Assembly: GCA_026025795.1 (NCBI GenBank)
Contig: JAPEUG010000151.1
Coordinates: 1-35,977 of the forward strand
DNA length: 35,977 bases
DNA from: Thelocarpon superellum
Taxonomy: Eukaryota
Direction of reading: 5' to 3'
Shown here: positions 35,858 through 35,977 of the stretch, in pieces
Numbering within the stretch: the stretch's first letter is position 1
Layout of the letters: each line of letters begins with the position of its first letter
Program-made: the position numbers and the translations under genes
The notes under the pieces: generated by a model
Seen by the model: only the letters and a program-made list of their open reading frames with translations
Databases searched by the model: none
What the model was told of the DNA's origin: nothing

Positions 35858-35977
35858 TGCGGGAGAGCATCGTCTTGGTGGCGGTGGGGTGGGTGACGTC
35901 GACTTGCACCTGGACGTCGTGGAACTTTGGTGTTTGTCTCGGTCCGTGTCACGCTATCGCGATGCTATCGCCATTCA

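Noticed and set aside
1..35977. Prokaryotic systems (CRISPR, operons, IS elements), tRNA/rRNA/snRNA genes, and TGA-CTA readthrough or cryptic PTS1 signals
   Set aside because: The DNA is intron-containing and fungal. I saw no repeat-spacer array, transposase or structural-RNA consensus, and no readthrough context at the stops I examined.

Overview
Eukaryotic DNA from a filamentous ascomycete (Pezizomycotina-type; inferred from GT..CTRAC..YAG introns of mostly 45-65 nt and fungal orthologues). It is GC-rich and gene-dense. I reconstructed 13 protein-coding genes by hand; the ORF track splits them because of introns. In order: an uncharacterised protein with a possible HeLo-like/STAND N-terminal fold (-), a GprK-type 7TM-RGS receptor (-), NAF1 (-), ALG9 (+), EXO5 (+), an uncharacterised internally duplicated protein (-), a Pth11-like receptor (+), a bacterial-type oleate hydratase/MCRA enzyme (+), RAD3/XPD (-), RKR1/LTN1 (+), APS2 (-), IST1 (+) and PPM1 (-). 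Most are ordinary housekeeping genes. The most interesting parts are: (1) a three-gene accessory block at 15.5-22.2 kb in which a Pth11-like receptor sits directly upstream of an intron-poor oleate hydratase with an RGGRM rather than RGGRE motif; (2) the standalone HeLo-like candidate; (3) a perfect 16-bp inverted repeat around a CTA microsatellite upstream of the RGS-GPCR; (4) a dispersed intergenic GTACGAG motif; (5) unusual splicing (GC-AG intron, 10-nt micro-exon, stop-free 3n introns). I recognised no tRNA, rRNA, CRISPR or transposase. All family calls are from motif recognition, not database searches.
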